A stretch of 47,092 bases of DNA from Hormiphora californensis. Taxonomy: Eukaryota > Animalia > Ctenophora. The stretch spans positions 1 through 47,092 of the forward strand of contig WFME01000014.1 in NCBI GenBank assembly GCA_020137815.1, read 5' to 3'. Position 1 is the stretch's first letter. Each line of letters begins with the position of its first letter. The translations under genes and the position numbers were made by a program. Shown one piece after another: positions 21,969 to 36,200 of the stretch. The notes beneath the pieces are model-generated. The model was not told the origin of the DNA. It saw nothing but the letters and a program-made list of their open reading frames with translations, and did not search any database.

Positions 21969-22204
21969 GGAGAGAGCGGGAGAGAGAGAGAGAATGACAG
22001 AGAGCGAGAGAGACAGAGAGACAGGGACAGGGAGACAGGGAGGAGACAGACGGATAGAACGAACAGGAATAAGTTACTCTCGAAAAATAAGAGATTGAGA
22101 TACCGAGGGATAAAATGAGAGTTCGTGGTGATACCCGGCAGTAGCAAAAGGTGTAAGTGGGTCACCTTTCCCGCCAACTAATTTCAATTAGTTTTTGGCT
22201 TAAT
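21783..22204. mobile_element. MITE-like element with ~70-bp TIRs around a (GA)n microsatellite
   Basis: attaagccaaaaactaattgaaattagttggcgggaaaggtgacccacttacaccttttgc and its exact reverse complement. Confidence 0.8.
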
Positions 22205-22228
22205 ATGTCGTCAATGTGTTTCAGACTA

Positions 22229-23007
22229 TTAAAGTGAGAGTGGAATTCCTGTTTAATCAGTATGTAACAAACAAGATAGAAACAATCGTCGTGTTTTACT
22301 AATACATTCTAAATTGTATAAGCAGTGAGTTTGACATGTCCATGCACAGAAGCAGAACAATACAAGTTAGCATATTAAAAATCTAAAGAATGTTTTAGTA
22401 AAACACAAGGATTGTTTTTATCCTGTTTGATAAATATTGATCCAGCAGAAATTCCCCGCTAGTAACAATAATATCTCAGTGTTGGGTGGGTCGATTTTGA
22501 GCGGCAAAAAGGCAAAATGCTCGTAGAACTAATCTCTACAACCTCAAACAAACTTGTCCAATTCTGATTCTGTCCACTCTCATTTTAAAGTTGATTAGCT
22601 TTCTGAGCATTTTGCGTTTTTGCCGCTCAAAATCGACCCACCCATCACTGAGATATTTTTGTTATGTTGGGAGAACTCCTGTTTAATCAGTATGTATAAA
22701 ACATAATAGAAACAATCGTCGTGTTTTACTAACACATTCTGAATATAAGCAGTGAGGTTGACATGTCCATGCACAGAAGCAGGGCAATGCAAGCCAGCAT
22801 ATTAAAAATTTAAAAAATGTGTTAGTAAAACACAAGGATTGTTTCTATCCTGTTTGGTAAATACTGATCCAGCAGTAATTCTCCCAACATAACAAAAATA
22901 TCTCAGTGATGGGTGGGTCGATTTTGAGCGGCAAAAAGCTCAGAGAGCTATTCTCTACTACCTACAACAAACTTGTCCAATTCTGACCCGGTCCACTCTC
23001 ACTTTAA
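22229..23007. mobile_element. Compound/duplicated Kolobok-like MITE (TTAA-agtgagagtgga termini); end fragment also at ~24161-24207
   Basis: ttaaagtgagagtgga ... tccactctcactttaa; internal direct duplication 22247-22590 versus 22677-23007. Confidence 0.65.
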
Positions 23008-23057
23008 AGGGCCTGAAACCCAAATTTTATTTATTTATTTTGAACACTACATTGTGT

Positions 23058-23887
23058 GGGGGGGGGGGGGGACATGTTAATTTTGTTAACTTTGTTAATA
23101 TTAACATCGAGAAAACAGGTGATTTATTAACAAAATTAACAAAACGTTAACAAACGTTAACAAATGCCATTTATGCCATCTAAATCCCCTTTAGCACGTA
23201 TTTTTGGTATCTAACACTTATTCTGCGAGCAAAGTTGTTCCTTCTGCACGGTTTATATACCCCTACTACCTCTACTACGGCTTTTTTACAGCGATTTGTT
23301 CCACTGTGTAAATTTTAATAAAAACTAGCCAAACTAAACCGCAATTGAAGTCAAATGACCCTAATTCACATTTTCCAACCCTAAAAACCAAATAAGACTC
23401 ATGAATTTACCTTAAAACGAAAAATATCCCAAAAATCAATTTTTCTAAAAAAACACAAGGATTTGTAGCGAAGCAAATTTTCAATCTTTGACCAAAAAAT
23501 TGATTTTGGAAAAATTTTATTACTTTTTCCAACAGAAACGTTGTATTTCATCTTATTAAGTCCAAAGAATAGATAACCAATGAAAATATTTTGTTAAAGT
23601 GAGATTTTATTCGCTAAATTGAAATATTTGCAACTTTTGGATTTTTATCGATTTTGAGCCAAAAACCTGTATGTCAGACTTTGGTTATATCGGAAAAGGC
23701 CTTGTTTGGGTATGCATGTGTTAGGTAATTCATTAAACTATAAAATTAAACCAGTTAAAGTCGTATTACCAACCAATAAGAACAGTCTTTTAGCATTTGT
23801 TAACTTTGTTAATTTTGTTAATTAACGTTAATTAACAAAATCGAAAAAAAAGAGGTGATTTATTAACAATTAACATGTCCCCCCCCC
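23058..23887. mobile_element. Non-autonomous DNA transposon with poly-G/poly-C termini and 8-bp TSD
   Basis: (G)n-acatgttaatt / aattaacatgt-(C)n; TSD cattgtgt at 23050-23057 and 23888-23895; subterminal (ttgttaa) repeats. Confidence 0.85.
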
Positions 23888-24229
23888 CATTGTGTTCATA
23901 ATGAGTTTTCAAATGTTCTGTGTAGGCAGTATGTCATTCTACCAACTATTTAAACAACTTCTTCCAATAAACTTGAATACTCCCAGGCATTGAAGGCAGA
24001 GGGAAATTATCAAGGGAATGGGCAGCAACGGAACTGCCGAGTTCAAAAATCAAATACTTCTGTAGTGAAATAAAATATCAAATATAAAATTTTCATGGGG
24101 ACAACAATTATAATAGGTACGGAAACAATGCAATTACAAAAGATTTCACATACCCATCCATCTACTACCTACAACAAACTTTTGATTCGGTCCAATCTCA
24201 CTTTAACTGGTCTGTCAGGACAGACTTAC

Positions 24230-25380
24230 AGTTCTTCACAGGATGAAGTTATCCTAGCGCTTCAGCCTCTTGTCAGGTCTGGTAGGAAGTGGAAAGCAGG
24301 GGAAGAGTTAGAGGAGGCAGTTAGTGATGTTCGGTGTGATGCAGTCCGCGGTATGATTCCTCCATACCCTAGGGCCTAGGGCAGGGATTGGCTTCGGTGA
24401 GTGGTGAAAGCCTTGGGAGAAGCTGTCGGACAGCGAGAGGAGAGGTGTTGTGATTGAGCGAGTTCGAGAGAGGTTAGACCAGGTGAGGACTGTAGAGACC
24501 ATGCAGTTAGAGGTTCAGGGGATGTGGTTAGCTTGGAGGGAGGATGTGGTCTCGATGGAGTTAAGCTGGAGAAGCCTATTTGACCTGAAGGAGGGAATGG
24601 TTGGCTTCATCCTAAGAGCAGTATATGGAACCCTTGTCGTGCCGTCACTTGCAAAGAAGTGGAAGGAAGGGGAAGACGGTCTTTGCAAGCTGTGTGGTGA
24701 TGCTCCAGGGAGTATTCGCCATATTCTAACCGGCTGTAAGGTGGCTCTGGGTCAGGGGAGATACCGGTCGCGGCATGACAAGGTCCTGCGGCAGATATGC
24801 GAGCAGGTAAGGTTTCACTGCGAGGTCCGTGCCAACGCTGCATCGAGGTCCACGCGAGCCGCGAGGGTCCCGGAGTATCGAGTTCGTTGCAGAGGGTAAG
24901 AAGGGGAAGAAGAAGGGGAAGAAGGGGGTTAGTGGGTGTGGGATCCTGTCAGGCGCTAAGGACTGGGTTGTCCTCTCTGACATCGGAAGTCAGCTCAAGT
25001 TCGCGGCGGAGATCGCCCAGACCAGGTTAAGGCCTGATCTTGTTGTCTTCTCGCGAGAGGTAAAGACGGTGATCTGGTGGGAGCTCACTTGCCCTGCAGA
25101 AGAGAGAATAGGGGATGCTCATACTCTCAAGATTGAACGGTACACGGACCTTGAGAGGGAGTGTGAGTCTAATGGGTGGAGGTGTTTTAATATGGCGGTA
25201 GAGGTTGGGGCTCGAGGGCAGGTCGCGGATAGTCTGGTTAGAGCAGCTTCTCGTCTTGGGTTTGGAGGGAGGGGTCTTAGGAAGCTGGTTAAGGATACGG
25301 GGAAAGAGGCTGCTCACTGTTCCATGTGGATCTACTTCCATTCGGCGAAGAAGGAGTGGGAGTACAGGAATGTGGAGTAG
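24230..25380 (+). pseudogene. Truncated and frameshifted ORF of the HERO-like element (no RT domain)
   Basis: Three overlapping ORF pieces (to 24379, 24450-24899, 24829-25380); ctagggc duplication near 24369 and a frameshift near 24870-24890. Confidence 0.85.
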
Positions 25381-25399
25381 TGGAGGCAGTGCAAGTGAA

Positions 25400-25695
25400 G
25401 TGGTTGAGACTCGCCCTCGCAGTGGAGTGTGTGTTTGGACGGGTGTACCCTTACTGTCATAAACCTGTCAAAGGGGTAGGCAGTGAGGGACCCCAGTCGA
25501 CACATTCATTCCGGGCAACTGGGTATAGATCGAACGGTGGTCTCAGATTATCGAGATTGCTGGGGCGCCTGACTTAGTACCTTGTGTACCCGTACCGAAT
25601 TAAAGCCCCGAAACGGTGTCAGGTTTACGGCTGATGAGTTCGATCTGAGTCTCGGTTTCTGGCGAGTGTCCACATTTACCATCTTAGTGGACGGA
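25400..25695 (+). ncRNA. Putative structured cis-acting RNA in the retrotransposon 3' UTR
   Basis: At least eight complementary helices found by eye, several with G-U pairs; GCAA tetraloop; crossing (pseudoknot) pairings. Confidence 0.5.
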
Positions 25696-26000
25696 GCTGT
25701 TCCGGATCTCTTGGTGTTTGGCGGAGTTAGGTGTGGCTAGGTTTGGAGGTTTGGAGGTTGGTTTTGCGGGGTTTGTCTCGGTTCTTTGGGTTTGGTCTGG
25801 CAGCATGTTCTCAACTTACCTCCCGAGCCGCGTCATGCTCCAAACACTAGTGACACATTCACCCCCCCCCTCCCATTCACCCATGTAGTCAATCACTCCA
25901 CAAACGGAATGATCCAAATCTTTACTAGTCTCACTGGCAAGCCCAAAAAACCCAAAAATACAATTTTTATAATATAGACTTGAAGTTTCTTAACTTTAAA

Positions 26001-26108
26001 AAAAAGTTTTGTCTACTTTTGTCTACATTTGTCTACACTTTCATTTTCAAAATCTGGTGCAATGTTCCTCTAGGCAAAAAAAGGTGACGCCCCCCCCCCC
26101 CCCCCCCC
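26001..26108. mobile_element. Solo right end of the 4578-6875 element family
   Basis: Matches 6760-6875 (ttttgtctac repeats, aaatctggtgcaatgttcct, ggtgacg-(C)n). Confidence 0.85.
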
Positions 26109-27185
26109 GAAAGGCCACTGAAGTGGAGCACCCGCTGACCCAACTCCCCACAGTCTCCCTAACCCAGGAGCACCCCTCTCACCAGCTGTACCAACCCGCA
26201 CATGTAGTTTTCAATCACCAGCTTTGTAGAATAGGAGGATAAATTCCCCGATAAGTAATTAACGGTATTTCACCCCGATTTCCCGGGCAAACCCCTTCCC
26301 CCAGGCATCCTAGGAAAATCTGGCTCCAACTGCATATACTCACTGAGTGAGGTGCAACTAGCGTTTGAGAAAAATATCATTTCTGATGCACCTCCCTCAC
26401 AGAGCAAAATTTTTGTAACTTTTCATGCGCAAATGACGATTTTGAGTATACTGCAAGTATCTAGCTATTAATATTTGTGAAATGTGAGGTGCTAGAGGCT
26501 CGCGAGCAGCTGTAAGTTAGCATGACTTTAAAACCTTTTGCACCTCACACATTGACGATTGGTTAATTTAGTTAAAATATTTTAATGGTTTTTCATTGGC
26601 AATTTCTCATACCCCACAATATGTTCAATCGGAGTTTTTGAATTGAGGAGATATCATTTGTTCATAAATTATTCAACTTAATTCACTTACTGACATTCAA
26701 CTCCTCTGTTAACAATGTTAGATGGTCGATTGACAACAGCTAGAAAGCACCATCGCTGAAGCACCTGGGAAGAGATCACGGTTAAAGTTGTCTAGTTAAA
26801 ATGTTCTAACCCCTCTTTGGGAGGGTGAGATTCCTTCCCACGCCCTTGGGATGCAAGCCGCAGCTAATGTCGAACTTACAGAGCATCGTACATACCGATC
26901 AGCTGATATCAGGGAAACATAGCCGCAACCCTGTGTCCCATATAAACCGTATTATTGTCGCTCACTAAACCTCTTACACATTCTAGATAGGCTAACTTCA
27001 AAGGGATGGTGCCGAGTAATGGGATGGTGCCCAGTTATTGGATGCTACCCAGCGATGGGACCATGTCTGACAAATTACTTAACATAAAACTTAAGAAAAT
27101 TATATTATTAGGACCCGCAAAGACATTCTAGCGTGCGCAAAATAACAAGAGGTCAATATTTCTCTCGGCCACCCTGTATATTCAC

Positions 27186-28201
<1,016 letters not shown>

Positions 28202-28399
28202 GATTGCACTAGAGTTACGAAGAGAGAAAGGGGGTTAAAAGATTAATTATTGGAAGATTAAAAAGATATCAACATTTTGAAACTTCATTGGGAAAATAGA
28301 TATTCAGAATATATTTACACAGCAAATAACATACATACAAAACAAGAACACATCGTGGGGGTGGGTGGTATCAGATATTTATCCAGTCACCACACACTA

Positions 28400-29758
28400 T
28401 CACATAAAGTTGACACCAATCCCAAACTGTAAACCATGGTTAACCGCATAATTCACCTCCATCTTCATAAAACTACCGACCTTCACAATCAGTCCACTTC
28501 CAACGCTAACCCGACACTTTTCAAATACCTCCCCCGCTCTACTAACCAAGTTGCCTGCGTTAACAAAGTGGTGCAACCTAATGTGAGGTCCCAGACCCCA
28601 GATGGGCCAGATATAGGGTGAGAAAGGGAGACCCCTGTATAGGACAACCCAGCTCCTCAGTGACATGTCCCACCGACATCTTCGTAAACCCCCGGACACT
28701 CCCGGACCTCCGACAAAGAAGCGGTCTGTTATCCAGGATTTAGACTTGCTGTGGCCAGCACGCATTGTTAGGGACCCTGTATATCCTAATATGGGTAGCC
28801 TCCTCACTCTCTGTACCTGACAATCCCTTTAAGGTGGTGAGCATCACCTAGGAATCCCGCTGCTTCAGTGATATCCGGGTATAATTACCGAAAGTAGGGA
28901 GATATTATATCTCTCCCATCCTCCTCATAACTACACCTCACACCGCACTTCACATGGTGTCCGTACTCCTCCCTCACCTTCACAGATACAGGTCCATCGC
29001 CCAGTATTTGTTGCCAAAGGCCCCCTACCTCTGTACTCGCCAACCCACCCAATAACCTCATCTTGTATTTGAGGTTAGTTTGTAGGTCCGACGTGTTAAA
29101 ACCACCAGTTCGACTTGCGGCATTTTGTTTTCCTATCTCCAGCACCACATCGCTCGTCTTGCCCCGTGCCCCAATGATTGGTTTATGAAGGAGTAGAGAG
29201 AGGCAGTCAGCGATCCTGGTGCCCTTTGTATAACTAAGGGTGGCACTTTCCAACCGACTAAATAAGTTGTGTTGTGATGCCTCAACGTTGAAGCTACCAT
29301 CGTTACCTCGTGCATCACTAGACACGTTCATTCTGTATCTACCTCCACTTTTCTCTGATACAGACACCTAGGGAGGAGGGGTGGGGAGAGGAGGGAGTGG
29401 TGGTTGGATTTGGTATTTATTACAATAGATATGACTATAAGATATCCCAGATATCAATTGGGAGATGGTAACAACTGGCAAACATTGCTGTAAAATTGTA
29501 CCTGTAAGTTGACAGTATGTACACCTCATCTCCTTCCTCCCCTTTCTCTATCATCACATCAACAGCATCAAAAGCCTGCAGTTCCTCCAGTCCTAGTTTA
29601 GCTTTATATATCTTGTCGAGGAGTTTAGCTAGGTCTAGGTTGTCTTGGGATAGCAGGGGGGCCAGGTAGGGTGTGATGACGTTTATCTTCACCTTTTTAA
29701 CTTTAATCTCGTGGGTGAGAATCCGGGCGAGATCTACAAACTTTTCTCGTGTTTCCAT
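28400..29758 (-). pseudogene. SAMM50: Sam50/Omp85 mitochondrial outer-membrane beta-barrel gene with several frameshifts (exon 1 29758-29525, exon 2 from 29367)
   Basis: POTRA-like exon 1; GNDGS..NLFSRLE; REEYGHHVK; EAAGFLGD; FFVGGP-SVRGF (split by frameshift); HHFVNAGN; C-terminal beta-signal LQFGIGVNFM*. Confidence 0.85.
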
Positions 29759-29939
29759 ATTGGCCTAGTAAAGTGAGAACTGTTAAAGAGAAATGTTAGG
29801 AAACTAATGAAATGGGCGGGGGGGGGGCTTAATTAGTCGTCAATTTGAAACAAATAATAGGAATCTGAAATATACATAACAATTAACAAAATTATTGGGG
29901 GGGGGGGGAAGGTATAGTTGTGTGTGTGTACTGCATCTA

Positions 29940-30282
29940 CCTCATCGAAAATGGGTTTAGAGGAGAGCCGCCACTTTAGATACCAAATGAAACCATTTCA
30001 ATCTAAACCAATCTCGACCGTCTTACCGTGTTGTATAAGGACCTCTACTATATCCTCCCACCCCTGGTAACATGCCCGGTGTAGTGGCGTGTACCCGTCA
30101 CTATCCTTCTCATTCACACATCTGCAGTTGGAGGTGGATATTAGAAATATATCCTGGAAAAATGTTCTCGAATATTTCGGCCGTTACACATGTATCTCGA
30201 TGAAAACACTCACCCAGGGTCCCTCTCCAATATCTCTCTGACTTGGTCAGTACACCCCTTCTCAGCTGCATTTAATAACACC
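29940..30282 (-). CDS. Ankyrin-repeat gene exons, ANKRD49-like (partial)
   Basis: Spliced exons ~30282-30214 and 30121-30027 read VLLNAAEKGCTDQVREILERDPG-CVNEKDSDGYTPLHRACYQGWEDIVEVLIQHG. Confidence 0.7.
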
Positions 30283-30379
30283 TGACACCTCCCCAGAAAA
30301 TGTCCCAATCAATATCTCAAAAAGGCCCACAAATTTGAACGTTATTGTCCGTATTTTGTTTCCAAGGGTCAGCTGGATA

Positions 30380-30720
30380 TAGTTTATATGTCGATGGGGT
30401 GCCATTGTCCTTTTTTCAGCTTCTTGCGGCACTGGGGGCAGATCTGGGTGACCTTGTTCACTTGGTCAATGCAATAACAACAAAATATGTGCCCGCATAA
30501 TGTTAACAACATTCCTTCCCGAGGCCCTTACCTGTGGAGAGAGGAGTGTTAGAAGATGGGTTTTAGATGGGAAAATGGCCAGTGATAGTATAAGAGAACT
30601 TTTAAGGAGATATTTCAAAAGGAAGCCCTACTCAAACATAGAGATTTAGCAGCTTACTTGAACTTTGGAGTCAAGAAGACGGGCATTGTATGGTACTCAT
30701 ATTACCAATCTCTATAACTT
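30380..30720 (-). pseudogene. C-terminal C3HC4 RING exons, RNF4-like, frameshifted
   Basis: IQCP(..)LDSKVQ|VRASGRNVV(.)TLCGHIFCCYCIDQVNKVTQICPQCRKKL across a GT-AG intron (~30657-30532); small deletions break the frame. Confidence 0.65.
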
Positions 30721-32638
30721 TAGTCATGGTACCTAGAGGTGAGATAGATGGGTAGTCCCATCACGCCGGTTAACCCTCTGTCTTTTCCGTCTTTTACCAG
30801 GTGAACCATTACTAACATTGTTCTGGGTTCTTTGATGGTATTTTCAGCAGGTAGTTCCTCCTCTTTTGAGTCACTTACATCAGGGGCAACCTCGAACTTC
30901 TGCACAGCCCTCCTAATCTGAGAACACTCATTTTGGGAGGTTTAGCGATTGGGAATATCTAGCTAGCACGGACCAATTCCATGAATCTCTTTCATTCGCT
31001 GTAAGTTTACCAGCCCTACACAGACTACAAAGTTTCAGGTGCTCAGAAACATGGAAATTCCCTCATATTCCTCCCTGACTACCTCAGCCGCTGAAATTGG
31101 GAAATAACTATAAGACCTTGGACGATTGGTTCACGACCTGCGTTAAAGTCGATATGGAAATTCGTGAAGGTTGATCGGCGATGAAGGTTCGAAAAGTTCA
31201 ACCGATTCTAGATGTGTAGGGAACTTCTAAATGCTCTGATGAGAGGTGAAGAAAGTTGTATCTATATACAAGTTCGTTATTGGTTTCTGGTTATCGAACG
31301 TTATTTTTGTCGAGGGCTAACCGAAAATCCCCGGTGTAGAGAGTCCGCAGACCGTCATTTCTTGTGAACAGGAACATCACGGATCCAGGACAATGCTCGG
31401 CTGGAGAACCTGGACAGTGGTATCATCTCCTTTGCCGAATTTGAACGAACTTTCCACCTTGAGTTCAGTAAAGAGATCCTTCAAGTGCTTCAAATTCTCC
31501 TTTTTGGTCAGAATATCAATGGTCTGACGTGTTGCATACAGACGACATTTTCCCAACTAAGTTGCTGATGAGTTATAGGTTTACTAAATCCTTGAACATG
31601 GTCAGTATGACAGTGGACACAACAGGGCTGTGTGTAAAGTTGTCGCAGGAAGAAGAAGAAGGCTCTTCCTTCCTTCTCTCCTGCTCGCCAACCACACCTT
31701 CAATTTATTCTTCCCGATAACTATTTCATCACTTTCAGTGCTCATCCCACTGTAGTCACTATCTTCGTCATGCCGGTTAACCCTCTGTATTTTACAAGGT
31801 GTACCATTACTAACATTGTTCTTAGCTCTTTTGATGGTATTTCAGTAGGTAATTCCTCCTCTGACCTCTTCTGAGTCATTTATATCAGGGGCAACCAGCG
31901 CAAAATCTAGAAGGTGCCGCTGTCAATGGAATGTCCAACTTGTCCTAGCCAATGCAACATCAAAAGTGACCAATGCTGAGAAGCCACTCACCAAGGGTCA
32001 CCGGAGATATCCGAGACCGGCACAATGTGGACCGCACCACCACACAGTGCTGGTGCAGTCCACAACCTGCAACCAGACAAGGTAGTGATGGGAGACGACT
32101 CAGCCCTTATCTTCAACCCTGGACATAAGACGGATGAGGACGAACTCCCGGGGGAGAGAGGCAACTCTGGAACCTGAGCTCCGTCCAACTCGGACGTGAG
32201 GTACTGACTGCCGGGCTGGACAACATTACAGTTGAAACCGAAGCGGAACGCATTAAACAACAACAACAACCCGCTTGTATGAGGAGAAGCCTTGACGTGG
32301 CGCAGCGGCTTACGGCTCCCAGTCTTGACTGGGAGTCGCCCGCTTCTCCTGGTCGGGGCTGGGAGCTCAACGAATTCTCCTCAACCAAAGGACTGCCCCT
32401 GATCTGGGATTTTAAGCTCCAAAACTCTGTCACGGCCTCGGGCCGGACAATTTCGGTGGAGGATGCAAGGAGTGTCAACCGACACCCTAAGACCAGGAGC
32501 GGTGGGGGCTGGCAGAGGTGCTCTCCTGCGGAGAGCTCCTCTCGCCCTATTTAACCTTAGAACAACAACAACAACAACAGGGGCAACCTCGAACTTCTGC
32601 ACAGTTAGTAAAGTAAGCAAGTCGAGGGTAAACTTAAA

Positions 32639-32930
32639 AGGGATCCCTAAAAAAGTTCAGTATTTACACAGAGTTTACACAGTCTTTACTCAGTCGTTAC
32701 ACCCAGAGCGGTGCGTGCTGCGCACAGTGGCTTTTTCCAAGAATTAATGGATTGTGTGCTGCCACATTGACAAAATTGAGCGCCACGGCGAAAAAAGTTT
32801 CCGAAAACGCTGAAAATCGAGTGCGAAAGACGCAGTCGTTACACCCAGAGCGGCGCGGGCGCTCTGGGTGTAACGACTGATAAAGACTGTGTAAACTTTG
32901 TGTAAATACTGAACTTTTTTAGGGATCCCT
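32639..32930. mobile_element. MITE with ~70-bp TIRs
   Basis: agggatccctaaaaaagttcagtatttacaca...gtcgttacacccagagcg and its reverse complement. Confidence 0.8.
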
Positions 32931-33224
32931 AAACTGGGGAATTTTTCGGATATTTTTTTTTTGAAAATTTGAAATTTGAGTTTTTGGCGAAAAACCCAAA
33001 ACTTTGACGCGCGGGCGGCGGCGGTAATTGCGGGTAATACGATGCGTATTGGCGCCATACGTCAAGTCGCAAATGTCGTCATACGATTACGTCATCGGGT
33101 GGGGCGATCGCTTCGAAACTTTGGGGCTGACAAAATGAAACGCATATGTGGTCGTGTGCAAAAGGAATAAGCGATTTGAGAACCTTGAATTTTGTATGCG
33201 TACACCCTAATATACTGTAATTGA

Positions 33225-36200
33225 AAAGTCTAAAAACCCGAAATGACAATTTAACAATTTTTGACATATTTTGAGGCCCTGAACCACGGGTGGCCAAATT
33301 TAATCAGGTTTCGGGTCGGCTGACGTAAAAACTCCGCTTTTTTTGGTCGAGGTAACCATAACCATAACCATAAACCATAGATATTTTTAGAGTGAAAGTT
33401 TTGAAGCCCCCTGAAGTAGTAGAGAGGTGTTTTATGGCTCGTTGGAAAGGTCTCGAGTCCCGCGACGTATAGGGGTGTGGCGATGGCCATACCCAACCTA
33501 TAAGGGGTAGGACGCGAAAAACAGTCAAAATAAGGGGTATACGAAACTCGGCAATTGGAAGGAGTAGAAGGTGTTCTAGGGTGCGTTCGAAAGCTCTCGA
33601 GGTGCTGAAGTAATTGGAATGTAATTGGAAGTAATTACATGTAATTAAAGGGTAATTACATGTAATTAAAGGGTAATTACATGTAATTAAAAGGTCTAAA
33701 TGACCCAGAATGATAATTTACACATATTTTGACATATTTTGAGGCCCTGAGACCAGCGGTGCCAAATTTAATCGGTTTCGGGTCGGCTGACGTAAAAACT
33801 CCGCGTTTTGGTCGAGGTAAACCATAAACCATAACCATAAACCATAAACCATAGATATTTTTAGAGTGAAAGTTTTGAAGCCCCCTGAAGTAGTAGAGAG
33901 GTGTTCTATGGCTCGTTGGAAAGGTCTCGAGGTCCCGCGACGTATAGGGGTGTGGCGATGGCCATACCCAAACCTATAAGGGGAGGACGCGAAAAACAGT
34001 CAAAATAAGGGGTATACAGAACTCGCAATTGGAAGGAGTAGAAAGGTGTTCTAGGGTGCGTTCGAAAGCTCTCGAGGTGCTGAAGTAATTGGAATGTAAT
34101 TGGAAGTAATTACATGTAATTAAAATGTAATTACATGTAATAAAGGGTAATTACATGTAAAAAAGGTCTAAATGACCCAAATGACAATTCAGACATATTT
34201 TGACATATTTGGAGTCCCTGAGACCAGCGGGTGGCAAAATTTAATCCGGTTTCGGGTCGGCTGACGTAAAAACTCCGCGTTTTGGTCGAGTAATGCAATA
34301 ATAATTCTTGTTCGGGGTTCAAAAAATATCGATTTGATCTCGATTCGATCTTTGGGTGATAAAAAACTTTCGATTCGATCTCGATTCGATCTTTGGGGTT
34401 CAAAAACTTTCGATTCGATCTCGATTCGATCTTTGATGGTTCAAAAAATTTCGATTCGATCTCGATTCGATCTTAAAGGGTTCAAAAATCTCGATTCGAT
34501 CTTTGGGCGCTCAAAAAATCTCGATTCGATCTTTGGGCTCAAAAAACTACTCGATTCGATCCGATCCGATCTCTCGATCTTTCGATTCGATTCGATATTA
34601 TCGCCGGTTCCTAGACGTAACGAAGTTATATGTACCGTCATGGTGGTGAAGTTATACCATCAGGCTCACCAGATAAAAATGCTGACTAAGTTTGAGATCT
34701 GTCTAAAAATGCGTGGAAATATGGTTTTTAGAGGGTGTTTTCAAGGCAAATATAAGGACGTTTATTTTGGCTATTCGGGGCCTGGCAAGGCCCCCGACCC
34801 GAACATAACCCAATCTCAACCCATCCCCCCTAAAACAACGGGGCCGAGCCGACAGGCCCTCTATTATAACACATGCCAAAAAGCCATAACCATAAACATA
34901 ACCATAGATATTTTTAGAGTGAAAGTTTTGAAGCCCCCTGAAGTAGTAGAGAGGTGTTCTATGGCTCGTTGGAAAGGTCTTGAGGTCCCGCGTAGCATAG
35001 GGGGTGTGGCGATGGCCATACCCAAACCTATAAGGGGTAGGACGCGAAAAACAGTCAAAATAAGGGGTATGCTGAACTCGGCAATTATAGAAGCAGTAGA
35101 ATGGTGTTCTAGGGTGCGTTCGAAAGCTTTCGAGGTACTGAAGTAATTGGAATGTAATTGGAAGTAATTACATGTAATTAAAATGTAATTACATGTAATT
35201 AAAGGGTAATTACATGTAATTAAAAGGTCTAAATGACCCCAATGACAATTTAGACATATTTTGACATATTTGGAGGCCCTGAGACCAGCGGGTGGCCAAA
35301 TTTAATCCGGTTTCGGGTCGGCTGACGTAAAAACTCCGCGTTTTGGTCGAGATAACCATAAACCATAAACCATAGATATTTTTAGAGTGAAAGTTTTGAA
35401 GCCACCTGAAGTAGTAGAGAGGTGTCTATGGCTCGTTGGAAAGGTCTCGAGGTCCCACGACGTATAGGGGGTGTGGCGATGGCCATACCCAAACCTAAAG
35501 GGGTAGGACGCGAAAAACAGTCAAAATAAGGGGTATACAGAACTCGGCAATTGGAAGGAGTAGAAAGGTGTTCTAGGGTGCGTTCGAAAGCTCTCGAGGT
35601 GCTGAAGTAATTGGAATGTAATTGGAAGTAATTACATGTAATTAAAGCGTAATTACATGTAATTAAAGGGTAAGTACATGTAATTAAAAGGTCTGCATGA
35701 TCCCAAATGATAATTTAAACATATTTTGACGTATTTGGAGGCCCTGAGACCAGCGGGTGGCCAAATTTAATCCGGTTTCGGGTCGGCTGACGTAAAAACT
35801 CCGCGTTTTGGTCGAGGTAAACCATAACCATAAAACCATAACCATAGATATTTTTGAGTGAAAGTTTTGAAGCCCCCGAAGTAGTAGAGAGGTGTTCTAT
35901 GGCTCGTTGGAAAGGTCTCGAGGTCCCCGACGTATAGGGGGTGGGCGATGGCCATACCCAAACCTATAAGGGTAGGACGCGAAAAACAGTCAAAATAAGG
36001 GTATACAGAACTCGGCAATTAGAAGGAGTAGAAAGGTGTTCTAGGGTGCGTTCGAAAGCTCTCGAGGTGCTGAAGTAATTGGAATGTAATTGGAAGTAAT
36101 TACATGTAATTAAAATGTAATTACATGTAATTAAAGGTAAATTACATGTAATTAAAAGGTCTGCATGATCCCAAATGACAATTCAGACATATTTTGACAT

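Larger units (their letters stand above)
24230..25860 (+). mobile_element. 5'-truncated non-LTR retrotransposon with restriction-like endonuclease, HERO-clade-like
   Basis: Post-RT region SGRKWKA...QGMWLAW; CCHC knuckle CKLC-x7-HILTGC; QGRYRSRHDKVL; RLE core RPDLVV...ELTCPAEE...KIERY...VEVGARG; ~480-nt 3' UTR. Confidence 0.88.

Noticed and set aside
25602-25646. Canonical hammerhead (CGAAAC..GUC..CUGAUGA)
   Set aside because: Stem I cannot close between GUC and CUGAUGA, and the partner of stem II is followed by GGUG, not GAAA; kept only as part of the larger structured-RNA finding
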